Assembly (NCBI GenBank): GCA_018383975.1
Contig: JAHAZT010000060.1
Coordinates: 1,428 to 65,427, forward strand
Direction of reading: 5' to 3'
From: Eubacteriales bacterium
GTDB taxonomy: Bacteria > Bacillota > Clostridia > Oscillospirales > CAG-272
DNA length: 64,000 nt
Positions within the stretch are counted from its first letter, which is position 1. Each line of letters starts with the position of its first letter. The position numbers and the translations under genes were made by a program. Below the pieces are notes generated by a model that saw only the letters and a program-made list of their open reading frames with translations, ran no database searches and had not been told where the DNA came from. This document shows, piece by piece, positions 36,225 to 45,621 of the stretch.

Positions 36225-38093
36225 ATGTCCGAAATTGAAAAGGGCGGAATATCCGTTCAGACGGAACACATATTCCCCATCATAAAAAAATGGCTCTATT
36301 CGGAAAAGGAAATTTTTATCCGCGAGATAGTTTCAAACTCCGTGGATGCCATAACAAAGCTCCGCAGGCTCTCGTCAATAGGAGAAGCGGATTTTGCCTC
36401 TGAAAATTACAGAGTTGACGTAACCGTCGACAAGGACGCAAAAACGCTGACCGTTTCCGACAACGGTATCGGAATGACGGAGGACGAGCTGAAAAAATAC
36501 CTCTGCAACATCGCTCTTTCCGGCGCTATGGACTTCATCTCAAAATATGAAGGCTCCGAGGAAAGCGGAACGGGTATCATAGGGCATTTCGGTCTCGGCT
36601 TTTATTCCGCTTTTATGGCTGCCGACAGGGTTGAGGTTATCACAAAATCGTTTTCGGACGCGCCGTCCGTCCGCTGGACATGCGACGAGTCCGGCGAATA
36701 CGAAATAACCGAAGGCGAAAGAGAAACGCACGGAACGGACGTCATAATGCATATAAACGCAGACAGCGAGGAATACCTTGATTATCACCGCGTTCTCGCC
36801 GTTCTTCAGAAATACTGCTCGTTTATGACGGAGGATATCTATCTTCACGGCGAAGACGAGCACGAATGCGAATGCGGTCACGACCACGGCGAAGACGAAG
36901 AATGTGAATGCAAGCATGAGGAAAAGCCGATAAACGACAAAGCCCCGCTCTGGCAGAAGTCGCCTTCGGAATGTACGGAGGAGGAATACAAAGAGTTTTA
37001 CCGGAAGGTATTCCCCGGCAGGCGCGACCCGCTTTTCCACATTCATATAAACGCCGACTATCCGCTGAATTTCAAGGGAATTCTCTATTTTCCGAGAATC
37101 GACAGCGAGTTTGAATCGCTTGAGGGCGAGGTCAAGCTGTATTATAACTCCGTCTTCGTTGCGGACAATATAAAAGAGGTCATACCCGAATATATGCTTA
37201 TGCTCTGCGGCGTGCTTGACTGTCCCGACCTGCCGCTCAACGTTTCGAGAAGCTATCTGCAGAACAGCGCATACGTAAGCAAGATAAGCGCGCATATTGC
37301 AAAAAAGGTCGCCGACAAGCTGACGTCGATGGCAAACACGGAGCGCGAAGCTTATGAAAAAATCTGGGGCGATATCAGAACGTTCATCGAATACGGCTGT
37401 CTGAAGGACAGAAAATTCAATGAAAAGGTAAAGGACGCCGTGCTTTTCCGGGACACGGACGACAAGTGCGTAACCCTCTCGGAATATCTCGAAGAAGCGA
37501 AGGACACTCACGAAAAAACCGTCTACTACACGACAGACAAGACGGCGCAGGCGCAGTACATTTCAATGTTCCGCGCCAAGGGATTCCGCGTATGCGTGCT
37601 TGATACCGTTATAGATTCGCAGTACATCACAATGCTTGAACGCGAAAACGACGGTTTGAAATTCCTGCGCGTCGATTCCGACATTTCCGGTGCGCTTTCG
37701 GATAAAGAGGCGGAGACCGCTGACAGCGAGGCTGTCAAAGCCGCTTTCGTAAAAGCGTCGGGTGACGAAACGCTTGAGGTCAGATTCGCAAAGCTGGATG
37801 ACGAAAACGTCCCCGCGATGCTCGGAACGTCGGAAGAAAACCGCCGTTTTGAGGATATGATGAGGATATACGGCGTCAGCAAGGGCGACATTCCGCCGAA
37901 AGCCGCGCTGACCGTAAACACGTCGTCGCCGCTGATAAAATCGCTTGAAGAAAAGCTCTCCTCCGGCGATGAAAAGGCAGATATTCTTGCAAAGAGCATA
38001 TATCGCCTTGCAACCCTTTCTTTCCGCCGTCTCTCCGGCGACGAAATGAAGGATTTCCTTTCGGAGAGCTATGAAATTCTTAAAATGATATGA
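36225..38093 (+). CDS. htpG: Molecular chaperone HtpG (Hsp90)
   Basis: It has the GHKL ATPase motifs EIFIRELVSNSVDA, DNGIGMT and GHFGLGFYS; 622 aa. Confidence 0.95.
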   Translation: MSEIEKGGISVQTEHIFPIIKKWLYSEKEIFIREIVSNSVDAITKLRRLSSIGEADFASENYRVDVTVDKDAKTLTVSDNGIGMTEDELKKYLCNIALSGAMDFISKYEGSEESGTGIIGHFGLGFYSAFMAADRVEVITKSFSDAPSVRWTCDESGEYEITEGERETHGTDVIMHINADSEEYLDYHRVLAVLQKYCSFMTEDIYLHGEDEHECECGHDHGEDEECECKHEEKPINDKAPLWQKSPSECTEEEYKEFYRKVFPGRRDPLFHIHINADYPLNFKGILYFPRIDSEFESLEGEVKLYYNSVFVADNIKEVIPEYMLMLCGVLDCPDLPLNVSRSYLQNSAYVSKISAHIAKKVADKLTSMANTEREAYEKIWGDIRTFIEYGCLKDRKFNEKVKDAVLFRDTDDKCVTLSEYLEEAKDTHEKTVYYTTDKTAQAQYISMFRAKGFRVCVLDTVIDSQYITMLERENDGLKFLRVDSDISGALSDKEAETADSEAVKAAFVKASGDETLEVRFAKLDDENVPAMLGTSEENRRFEDMMRIYGVSKGDIPPKAALTVNTSSPLIKSLEEKLSSGDEKADILAKSIYRLATLSFRRLSGDEMKDFLSESYEILKMI

Positions 38094-38104
38094 GGTAAAA
38101 TAAA

Positions 38105-38671
38105 ATGAGCAAAAGTCTTTACAAAGGTATTCCCTTCAAAGAGGAGGAAGAGGTAAACGAGCATTTTTCGCAGTTTGCCGTCGCCGCAAAGCCGACAAAA
38201 AAGGATAAGCTGACGCGTTTCTTCTTCGTCCTGCTTTATGTGCTTTTTACAGGCGGATATATCGTGCTTTTCACGGTTGTGACAAAAATTCCGTATGTTA
38301 TCGCAATTCTTCCGTTCTTCCTCTGGATGCTCTGGTATTTTACCTGGAAGCACACGCAGAGAGAATATGTTTATATCGTTTGTCGCGGCGTTTTCTATGT
38401 TTACGCCGTCAACGGCTACGGTAATGCAAAGGAAATCTATAATGCCGGTATTTCCTCGTTTGACGCCGTCGCTCCCGCAAATATGATAAATGCCTCAGCC
38501 GACAAAAAGCTGATGTACTGCTCCTCGCCCGACCTTCGCGAGCTTTACTGCGCGCTCTCGTCGGGCAACGGAACAACGACCGCCGTATATTTCGATCCTT
38601 CCTCGAAACTGCTTTCTTCCCTGCGCTACTACGGCGGGGACAAAGTAACCGTTGTGCAGGTTTCAAGATAA
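38105..38671 (+). CDS. Hypothetical membrane protein (two TM helices)
   Basis: 188 aa with the hydrophobic hairpin FFFVLLYVLFTGGYIVLFTVV…VIAILPFFLWMLWYF. Confidence 0.6.
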   Translation: MSKSLYKGIPFKEEEEVNEHFSQFAVAAKPTKKDKLTRFFFVLLYVLFTGGYIVLFTVVTKIPYVIAILPFFLWMLWYFTWKHTQREYVYIVCRGVFYVYAVNGYGNAKEIYNAGISSFDAVAPANMINASADKKLMYCSSPDLRELYCALSSGNGTTTAVYFDPSSKLLSSLRYYGGDKVTVVQVSR

Positions 38672-38762
38672 GGTCGTTTCCGGTTGACAAAATTCTCTGA
38701 AACGGTATAATATTTATTGATGCGTTTCCGCACAAGCGAAAATTTAAGGGGGATTTTTTACC

Positions 38763-39041
38763 ATGAGAAAAACACTTTCCGGTTTGCCGTGGCTCGTACA
38801 GCTTTTGCTTGTCATCTTTGTTGACGGTCTCTTCGGCGGACTTTACAGACTCGGCGGGAGAAAAACTTCGTCAAAAATTGTCGGCGCGATACTGCTTACG
38901 TCGTTCATTCTTTCAATCGTTTCCTTCATCGGACTTCCGGCGGTTCTCGGTTGGATTGTAAGAGTTGTTTATGCCGTATGTCTTGTATGCGACATTATCA
39001 CAATGATTTTTGTAAGAAAAATCACGCTCTTCGCCGCCTGA
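38763..39041 (+). CDS. Small hypothetical membrane protein
   Basis: 92 aa with 3 predicted TM segments. An RBS GGGGGA lies upstream. Confidence 0.55.
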   Translation: MRKTLSGLPWLVQLLLVIFVDGLFGGLYRLGGRKTSSKIVGAILLTSFILSIVSFIGLPAVLGWIVRVVYAVCLVCDIITMIFVRKITLFAA

Positions 39042-39052
39042 CCATACTTTTC

Positions 39053-39253
39053 TTTGAAAAGAAAAGTAGGCAAAAGAAACTTCATTTATCGGTTTGTACA
39101 AACTTTATAAAAAGAAAACAGAGGTGATTTTTCATCTCTGTTTTTTGTTTCGTTATGTTTGAAAAGAAAAGCAGGCAAAAGAAACTTCGGCTATTGTTTT
39201 GTACAAACTTTATAAAAAAGAAAACAGAGGTGATTTTCTCATCTCTGTTTTTG
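39053..39253. repeat. Two tandem ~95-nt copies (period 105 bp), each with a 12-bp palindrome and a terminator-like hairpin
   Basis: The shared pattern is TTTGAAAAGAAAAG(T/C)AGGCAAAAGAAACTTC…GTTTGTACAAACTTTATAAAAAGAAAACAGAGGTGATTTT(T/C)…CATCTCTGTTTTT. The copies lie at 39053-39146 and 39158-39253. Confidence 0.85.
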
Positions 39254-39309
39254 TTTTGAGCAAAAACTCCGGTTATCGGGCTTTTGCAAGGTGCATCGTC
39301 CGAAAGCAA

Positions 39310-39345
39310 TCAAAAAGAGGAAAAGCCTTTCGGATTTTCCTCTTT
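39310..39345 (-). terminator. Intrinsic terminator of the GT2 gene
   Basis: On the reverse strand, stem GAGGAAAA/TTTTCCTC is followed by TTTTT. Confidence 0.6.
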
Positions 39346-39351
39346 TCATTT

Positions 39352-40071
39352 TTATTTAAGTTCCATTTTCTTTATGCGCTTTTTCATCTTGCGGACATCG
39401 GAAAGCATTTTCAGAGCGTCCCGCAGGACTCTGACCTTTGATTCGCGGTGATTTATTATCGTGACGGGCATTTCCGCAATCTTAAAGCCCGCTTTTTGCG
39501 CAATCATTATCGCTTCAAGGTCAAACGCGAAGCGGTCGACCTCGCAGTTGCGGAAAATTTTCTGCGCCGCTTCCCTGCGGAAGCCCTTTATGCCGCTCTG
39601 CGAATCGGAGAGCTTGAAGCCCGCCGCAATCGCGATGATTTTTATATATGTTTTGGACGCAATCCTTCTTATAAACGTATAGTCCTTGTATCCGTCCTTT
39701 GAAAGATTGCGCGAGCCGATTATAACGTCTGCGTCGTTTTCGGAAAACATATCTATCATTCTGCCGACGGCGTCCTCTCCGTAGGCATTGTCGCAGTCCG
39801 TGAAAACAACGATATCGCCGTTCGCGGCGAGCATACCCGTTCTGACGGCGCAGCCCTTTCCGCGATTATCCGGATAGCCCTCGAGGCGGATTCTCGGCTC
39901 CTCCTCCGAAGCCTTGCGGACGGCGTCGCCGCATCCGTCCTTCGACCCATCGTCGACGAATATCAGCTCCCAGTCCTCATATTTTGATTTCAGATATTCA
40001 GAAAAGGTCTTGATTGCATCATCAATTATCGAGCTTTCGTTATACATCGGAATTACAAGAGATACCTTCAT
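39352..40071 (-). CDS. Family 2 glycosyltransferase (polyprenyl-phosphate sugar synthase-like)
   Basis: Supporting motifs are VSLVIPMYNES, FVDDGSKDG and FTDCDNAY. Confidence 0.85.
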   Translation of the reverse strand: MKVSLVIPMYNESSIIDDAIKTFSEYLKSKYEDWELIFVDDGSKDGCGDAVRKASEEEPRIRLEGYPDNRGKGCAVRTGMLAANGDIVVFTDCDNAYGEDAVGRMIDMFSENDADVIIGSRNLSKDGYKDYTFIRRIASKTYIKIIAIAAGFKLSDSQSGIKGFRREAAQKIFRNCEVDRFAFDLEAIMIAQKAGFKIAEMPVTIINHRESKVRVLRDALKMLSDVRKMKKRIKKMELK

Positions 40072-40090
40072 TTCAAGCTTCCTCCGACCG

Positions 40091-41236
40091 TCAATAAACC
40101 GACTTGTATCTTACAAGCTTATAAACCCTTGCGTCGTAAGGCTCAATTCTCATGTTCTGCTTATATGCTTCAAGAACGTCGTTATACACCATATAGCTTA
40201 CGGAATTGGTCGACGCGCCGACATAGGGATATTTGAACATTGCCTCCGCTTCGTCGGATGCGCCGTAAAGGAATTTTTCGTCAAAACCGAGGCGCTGTAC
40301 TATTGCAAAATATGCGGTGCCGTCCTCGCCGTCACCCATCATTATGTCGCTGTATCCGCCTTCCGATATGGCTTTTATAGCCTCGGTTGTCGTCTGTCCG
40401 AGCGAGTTGTTCGTCGACGATGCGACAATGTTTCCGTAAATATCAAAATAGAATTCTCCGCCGTATACGCCCTGATTGTATTTTCCCATGACGTCGTCAA
40501 TTGAGGCGCCGCCCTTCAGCTCGTCATAAGCCTTCATTATGTTTTCGCGGGCTTTCATCTCCTGCGCGTCATCGCCCTTTGTATATTCGATATACACCTG
40601 CTTGAAGTGATAATAACTCTGCTCCGCATACGCGCGCAGCTCCGGCACAAGCGCCTGCTTTACGCGTCTTGTGAGAATATTTTTATAATAGAGATATTCG
40701 ATGTATTCGTCCGTCATTCCGAGCTTTTCAACGACCTTGTCATAGAGATATTTCGCGTATTCGTCATCCGTGCCCCTGAAATTCTTTCTGTCCTCATCGC
40801 TTATTCTGGATTTGAACTGTTCGATTCTCGCGGCATAGTCGCTCTTGAATTTTTCTCTGTCTTCATCGGTGATGGAAAATCCGTATTTATCCGCAATCGC
40901 AACGAGCGAATAATATTCGCAAAGCTCATCCTCCGTATACTCCTTGAGAACGGCGGTTTTCTGACTGTCCGTGACGATTTCCTGCGAATCCTCCGTTTTC
41001 TTTATAACGTCGGACACGAGCGGCTGATAATAAACGAAAAGATTTCTGTATTCGTCAAACGGAACGTTATACGTCTTTTTCCCATCGCCGGCGTCGACCG
41101 TCAGTTTAAGTATATAATCAACCTTCACCCTGCCGTACCATGTGTAAAGCCCGGGTTTTTTTGTGCATGACGCAAGCGAAAGCAAAAGCATCACAGCCGC
41201 CGTCGCCGCGCAGACGAGTTTTGTTATTTTTCTCAT
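40091..41236 (-). CDS. Putative lipoprotein, function unknown
   Basis: It has the signal and lipobox LLSLASC|T. I prefer the ATG at 41236 (MRKITKL) over the GTG at 41248. Confidence 0.7.
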   Translation of the reverse strand: MRKITKLVCAATAAVMLLLSLASCTKKPGLYTWYGRVKVDYILKLTVDAGDGKKTYNVPFDEYRNLFVYYQPLVSDVIKKTEDSQEIVTDSQKTAVLKEYTEDELCEYYSLVAIADKYGFSITDEDREKFKSDYAARIEQFKSRISDEDRKNFRGTDDEYAKYLYDKVVEKLGMTDEYIEYLYYKNILTRRVKQALVPELRAYAEQSYYHFKQVYIEYTKGDDAQEMKARENIMKAYDELKGGASIDDVMGKYNQGVYGGEFYFDIYGNIVASSTNNSLGQTTTEAIKAISEGGYSDIMMGDGEDGTAYFAIVQRLGFDEKFLYGASDEAEAMFKYPYVGASTNSVSYMVYNDVLEAYKQNMRIEPYDARVYKLVRYKSVY

Positions 41237-41363
41237 TGCAATAAACACTCCGATAATTTATTTTATCCCGGAAAACCTGTTTTTCCTTTTAGTTTAAATA
41301 ATATTATCACATATCCGAAAAAATTTCAATGTTATTTTGGATTATTTACATTTTCGCAAAACG

Positions 41364-42407
41364 TCAGCCGAATATTTCCGAAATAATTCTCTCCGCAAGA
41401 ACGTCGGCAAAGCGGAAATCCATAGCGGAGGAATATATTTCTTCAAGCCCGCGATGACAGTCCGCTGCGCGCGAAAAGCATGTCACCGCTCCCTCCTTCA
41501 GCGCCGTTTCGCACCTTGCGGCAAAACGGAGCCTTCCGCGGACGGCAGCAAGTTTTTTCGCCGAAACAAAGCGCATAATATTCAATCGTTTATCGCTTTC
41601 GGTATCGCCGCCGACGTCGATAAAAAAGTACACTCCGTCGTTTTCAAACCACAGCGCCTCCGGATATTCGGGCGTGACGGGGTCGGAAAAGACGGTGCAA
41701 TGCGCGCCTCTTTCGTGCGAAAAGTCCAGAATGAGCCGCAAAAGCACGTGTCCGAGCCCGAATTTGTCCGTCACCGCAATTTTCGTTTTCGCAAGGCGCA
41801 GGTACGTATCAAGCGACTTTTCGCCGTCCTTGCCGATTGAGCTTATGAACCTGCGCTTTTCCGTGCCTCCGACGCAAAGCGCCGATGCCTCCCGTCTCGC
41901 CGCGCGGGCGGCTTTTTCTTGCCTGAACGCATATTCCGCGCCGGAAATTTTTTCGCGCTTCATTTTCGCCGCCGCAGAGAGATATTCATACGCCGCCGAC
42001 GTTTCTTTTTTCGCCGTTTCGGAAAGAGCGATTATTTCGTCGCGCCTGCCGCGCAGCACCGTCCCGCTCAATGCCGGATAAAGTTCCGCCGTAGTCTCAA
42101 CCGCGCCGGGATACACAGGCTCTGCGGAATGGGGAGAGGTTGCGTCAAATACGGCTGTCGACTTTTCGGGGATTATCACCCCGTCAAGCGAGTCCGCGTC
42201 CGACGAGCACACGATATAATGGACGGAAAGTCCTTCCGCTTCCGCCCTTTTACCGATTTTCTTCATCAGCGTCGATTTGCCCGTTCCGGCGCCGCCGCGG
42301 AGCAGATAGATTTTTTCAAGCGTTTTCCTGTCGAAAACACTGTCAAAAAGGCTGTAAAAGCCTTCGCCGGAATTCGCCGCCGCAAAGTATTTTTCCGTGT
42401 TACCCAT
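41364..42407 (-). CDS. Uncharacterised P-loop NTPase
   Basis: The Walker A motif is LLRGGAGTGKST; 347 aa. I recognise no other motif. Confidence 0.7.
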   Translation of the reverse strand: MGNTEKYFAAANSGEGFYSLFDSVFDRKTLEKIYLLRGGAGTGKSTLMKKIGKRAEAEGLSVHYIVCSSDADSLDGVIIPEKSTAVFDATSPHSAEPVYPGAVETTAELYPALSGTVLRGRRDEIIALSETAKKETSAAYEYLSAAAKMKREKISGAEYAFRQEKAARAARREASALCVGGTEKRRFISSIGKDGEKSLDTYLRLAKTKIAVTDKFGLGHVLLRLILDFSHERGAHCTVFSDPVTPEYPEALWFENDGVYFFIDVGGDTESDKRLNIMRFVSAKKLAAVRGRLRFAARCETALKEGAVTCFSRAADCHRGLEEIYSSAMDFRFADVLAERIISEIFG

Positions 42408-42500
42408 TGAAATTTCTCCTTATAAGAATATATTTTTTGTTTTCGGTTTATTTTATGCGAAAGGATTTTATCGCGTCATTGATTTTTTTGCGATTTTATC

Positions 42501-42529
42501 TTGACACGGAAAAAAACTGCGTGTATAAT
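42501..42529 (+). promoter_or_regulatory. Sigma-A type promoter of rpsU
   Basis: TTGACA, a 17-nt spacer, then TATAAT. Confidence 0.6.
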
Positions 42530-42592
42530 AACGTGTGAGGTATTTGAATATCTCTGTAATTTTTACGCTGCGAGGGGAGGGAAAATAAAATC

Positions 42593-42772
42593 ATGGCAGA
42601 AGTAAGAGTCAAAGAAAATGAATCGCTTGACAGCGCTCTTCGCAGATTCAAGAGACAGGTTGCCCGCGACGGCAAAATCGCCGAGGTCAAGAAAAAAGAG
42701 CACTACGAAAAACCGAGCGTTAAGCGCAAGAAGAAATCGGAAGCTGCAAGAAAACGCAAATTCAAGAGCTGA
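42593..42772 (+). CDS. rpsU: 30S ribosomal protein S21
   Basis: This ORF falls below the ORF-track size cutoff. My translation is [59 protein letters not shown], and an RBS GAGGGGAGGG lies upstream. Confidence 0.9.
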   Translation: MAEVRVKENESLDSALRRFKRQVARDGKIAEVKKKEHYEKPSVKRKKKSEAARKRKFKS

Positions 42773-42852
42773 AAAGCAAATTCAGATTGCCCCGGAAAGC
42801 GCATAGCTTGCCGAGGCAATTTTTCATAATACATTTCGGAAAAGGAAGCAAA

Positions 42853-43347
42853 ATGAAAAAGGAATTTCTTGAAATCGGAAAAATCATCAATACTCACGGC
42901 GTATCCGGCGAAATGAAAATCGAGCCTTGGTGCGACTCGCCCGACGTGCTGAAAAAGATAAAGAAATTTTATATAGGCGAAACGGAATATACCGTCGCAG
43001 GCATCCGCACGGGAGGCGCCTTCCCTCTCATAAAATTCGAGGGGATAACGAAACTTGAAGACGCTTTGCGTCTCAAAAACAAAGTCATATCCGCAAGGAG
43101 AGAGGATATCCCCGTAAAAGAAGGGCGGACATTTATCTGCGATATGATAGGGCTCCCCGTCATAGACAAAAACACCGGCAGACGTTACGGAACGCTGACG
43201 GACGTAATGCAGTATAATCCGCATGATATTTTCGTTATAAAAACAGATACCGGCGACGTTTTGATGCCGAACGTTCCGGAATACGTCGCCTCCGTCGACA
43301 CCGAAAAGGGCATTTTCGTAACTCCCATTGACGGTTTTTTTGATTGA
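42853..43347 (+). CDS. rimM: 16S rRNA processing protein RimM
   Basis: It begins MKKEFLEIGKIINTHGVSGEMKIEPW…. I trimmed the start to the ATG at 42853. Confidence 0.9.
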   Translation: MKKEFLEIGKIINTHGVSGEMKIEPWCDSPDVLKKIKKFYIGETEYTVAGIRTGGAFPLIKFEGITKLEDALRLKNKVISARREDIPVKEGRTFICDMIGLPVIDKNTGRRYGTLTDVMQYNPHDIFVIKTDTGDVLMPNVPEYVASVDTEKGIFVTPIDGFFD

Positions 43348-43359
43348 AAGGGGCTTTTT

Positions 43360-44073
43360 GTGAGATTTGATATAATGACCCTCTTTGATGGGCTCGTCCG
43401 CACGGTTCTTTCGGAAAGTATCGTCGGCAGAGCGGAAAAAGCGGGTATAATAGAAATAAACGTGCATAATATACGCGATTATTCGGAGGACAAGCACCGT
43501 CGGGTCGACGATACTCCCTACGGAGGCGGCAAGGGAATGGTTATGTCCGCCGTGCCGATATACAATTGCTTTTCCGCAATAACGGCTCCGGAAGTAAACC
43601 CCTGTGAACGCAGACGGGTGATATATATGTCCCCTCAGGGCAAAATATTGACGCAGGCTCGCGCAAAGGAGCTTGCGGAAAACTATGATAATCTCGTCAT
43701 ACTCTGCGGTCATTATGAAGGCGTCGACGAGAGAATAATAGAGGAAATAGTCGATGAAGAAATATCAATCGGCGATTACGTTCTCACGGGAGGCGAGCTT
43801 CCCGCGTGTATCCTCACGGACTGCGTCAGCCGCATGATAGACGGCGTGCTTGCCGCGCCCGAATGTTACGAGGACGAGAGCCTTTCGGACGGAACACTCG
43901 AATATCCGCAGTATACCCGTCCGTACGATTTTCGCGGCAGGCTCGTACCGGACGTACTGCTCAGCGGTCATCACGCGAATATAGAAGCGTGGCGAAAGGA
44001 AAAATCGCTTGAACGCACAAGAGAAAAACGCCCCGACCTTCTCGGCGGCGAAAACACGGAAAAAGAGGATTGA
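43360..44073 (+). CDS. trmD: tRNA (guanine37-N1)-methyltransferase
   Basis: Supporting segments are MRFDIMTLF, DDTPYGGGKGMVM and LLSGHHANIEAWR. Confidence 0.95.
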   Translation: MRFDIMTLFDGLVRTVLSESIVGRAEKAGIIEINVHNIRDYSEDKHRRVDDTPYGGGKGMVMSAVPIYNCFSAITAPEVNPCERRRVIYMSPQGKILTQARAKELAENYDNLVILCGHYEGVDERIIEEIVDEEISIGDYVLTGGELPACILTDCVSRMIDGVLAAPECYEDESLSDGTLEYPQYTRPYDFRGRLVPDVLLSGHHANIEAWRKEKSLERTREKRPDLLGGENTEKED

Positions 44074-44074
44074 A

Positions 44075-45619
44075 ATGAAAGAAAAGAGAGCCGGATTTAC
44101 CGTCGGAACGATGATATGCGCCACGGTGGTTTCAAAGCTGCTCGGCATGCTCCGACAGATAATGCTTGCGAAAAGACTCGGCGGCGGCGTTTATGCCGTG
44201 GCGTTTTCCGCGGCGTCCAAAATCCCGCTCTCCGTTTTCGATATACTTCTTTCGGCGGCGATAGTCGCGTGTTTTGTCCCGTTTTACAGCGATAAGCTGC
44301 GCAGGGACGAAAAGAACGCACGGCTGTTTTCGTCGTCTTTTTTTACGCTCACGCTCCTTACGTCGACAGTTATAGCCGTTCTCGGAGCCGCATTTTCGCG
44401 GCAAATTCTGTCCGTCTGCGCGCCGAATCTTACAGAAGAAGCGGCGGTGCTCGGCGCAAAGCTGCTCTCCGTTATGTTCCCGATGATAATCTTTACGGGC
44501 GCGGCTTACGTACTTGTCGGAATTATGCAGTCGCGCGGGAGCTTCATTCTCCCCGCGCTCGTCAGTTCCGTTTCAAATCTTGCAATGATAATTTATCTTG
44601 CCGCCGCAAAAAATGCGGAAAGCGAAAAATCAATGCTTGTCCTGTCCGCAATCTACGTCGGCTCCTGGGCTTTGCAGTTTGTGACGCTCGCCGTCCCGCT
44701 TGCAATAAAGAAGCAGTTCCCGAAGCCGACCTTGCGCATAAGGGGCAAAGGACTTTCTCCTGCGCTGAAAATGGTTCCCTCCGTTATGGCGGGGGCGTGG
44801 CTTCTGCCGGCATGCTCCCTTCTGCTGACGTTTTTTGCAACCTTCGTTTCCGACTCCGCCGTTGCCGAATTTGATTATTCCTCCGCCATATGGCTTATGG
44901 CGTCCGGCGTGCTGACGTACGGCGTCTGCAATTTTATTCTGCCGTCGCTTTCAAGAATTTTTTCCGGCGGCGACGAAAGAGAGTTTTCCTCCCGTCTGAC
45001 AAAGGCCGTGACCGCCGCATTTGCTCTCTCGCTTCCGGTTTCCGTCGGACTTTATCTGCTTTCGGACAATATCGTATGCATGCTCTATCTGCGCGGAAAT
45101 TTCGGCGCGGAGTCTGCAGTATCGTGCGGTGAAATACTCCGTTATCTTGCGTTTTCGGTGCCGTTTTTCTGTGTTTACGAGGTTCTCTCCCGCGGATTTT
45201 TCGCAAGGAAAAGCGCAGTTCCGCCGATGATTGCGTCGCTTGTCGGCATAGGCGCGTTTGCGATTTGCGGATCAGTTTTTGTTTTCGGCTTTGACGGCGG
45301 CGCGCGCGGACTTGCGATCGCATACGGCATAGCCTACGTTGCCGCTTCGCTTACGCTTTTTATATTCACGTCAACAAAAATCAGGGGTTTTTTCGGCAAA
45401 GCATTACTCTTGCCGACGGCAGAAATCATGGCGTCCGGTGCGCTCGGAGCAGCATTTGCAGCATTTCTGCGCCGATTTTTTGAAAAAAATGCCGTAAATC
45501 TTTCGGTTTTTCAAAATTTTCTCGTTTGTGCTATTGTCTTTTCGGGGGAATGTGTGGTATATTTAATATGTATAAGTATTTTGCGCGGGATTACGCGCAA
45601 TAAAAGCAAGGAGGTGTAA
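44075..45619 (+). CDS. murJ: Lipid II flippase MurJ (MviN family)
   Basis: A polytopic protein of about 514 aa starting MKEKRAGFTVGTMICATVVSKLLGMLRQIMLAKRLG. I trimmed the start from 44009. Confidence 0.85.
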   Translation: MKEKRAGFTVGTMICATVVSKLLGMLRQIMLAKRLGGGVYAVAFSAASKIPLSVFDILLSAAIVACFVPFYSDKLRRDEKNARLFSSSFFTLTLLTSTVIAVLGAAFSRQILSVCAPNLTEEAAVLGAKLLSVMFPMIIFTGAAYVLVGIMQSRGSFILPALVSSVSNLAMIIYLAAAKNAESEKSMLVLSAIYVGSWALQFVTLAVPLAIKKQFPKPTLRIRGKGLSPALKMVPSVMAGAWLLPACSLLLTFFATFVSDSAVAEFDYSSAIWLMASGVLTYGVCNFILPSLSRIFSGGDEREFSSRLTKAVTAAFALSLPVSVGLYLLSDNIVCMLYLRGNFGAESAVSCGEILRYLAFSVPFFCVYEVLSRGFFARKSAVPPMIASLVGIGAFAICGSVFVFGFDGGARGLAIAYGIAYVAASLTLFIFTSTKIRGFFGKALLLPTAEIMASGALGAAFAAFLRRFFEKNAVNLSVFQNFLVCAIVFSGECVVYLICISILRGITRNKSKEV

Positions 45620-45621
45620 GC

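Noticed and set aside
36540-37511. A 323-aa minus-strand ORF antisense to htpG. Similar long antisense ORFs occur at 1339-2241, 14126-15256, 18069-18779, 20522-21664, 42703-43713, 55960-57129 and 57412-58371.
   Set aside because: These are shadow ORFs opposite strongly supported genes. Their products are low-complexity and rich in Arg, Phe and Cys, with no motifs, no RBS and no independent space in the gene map.
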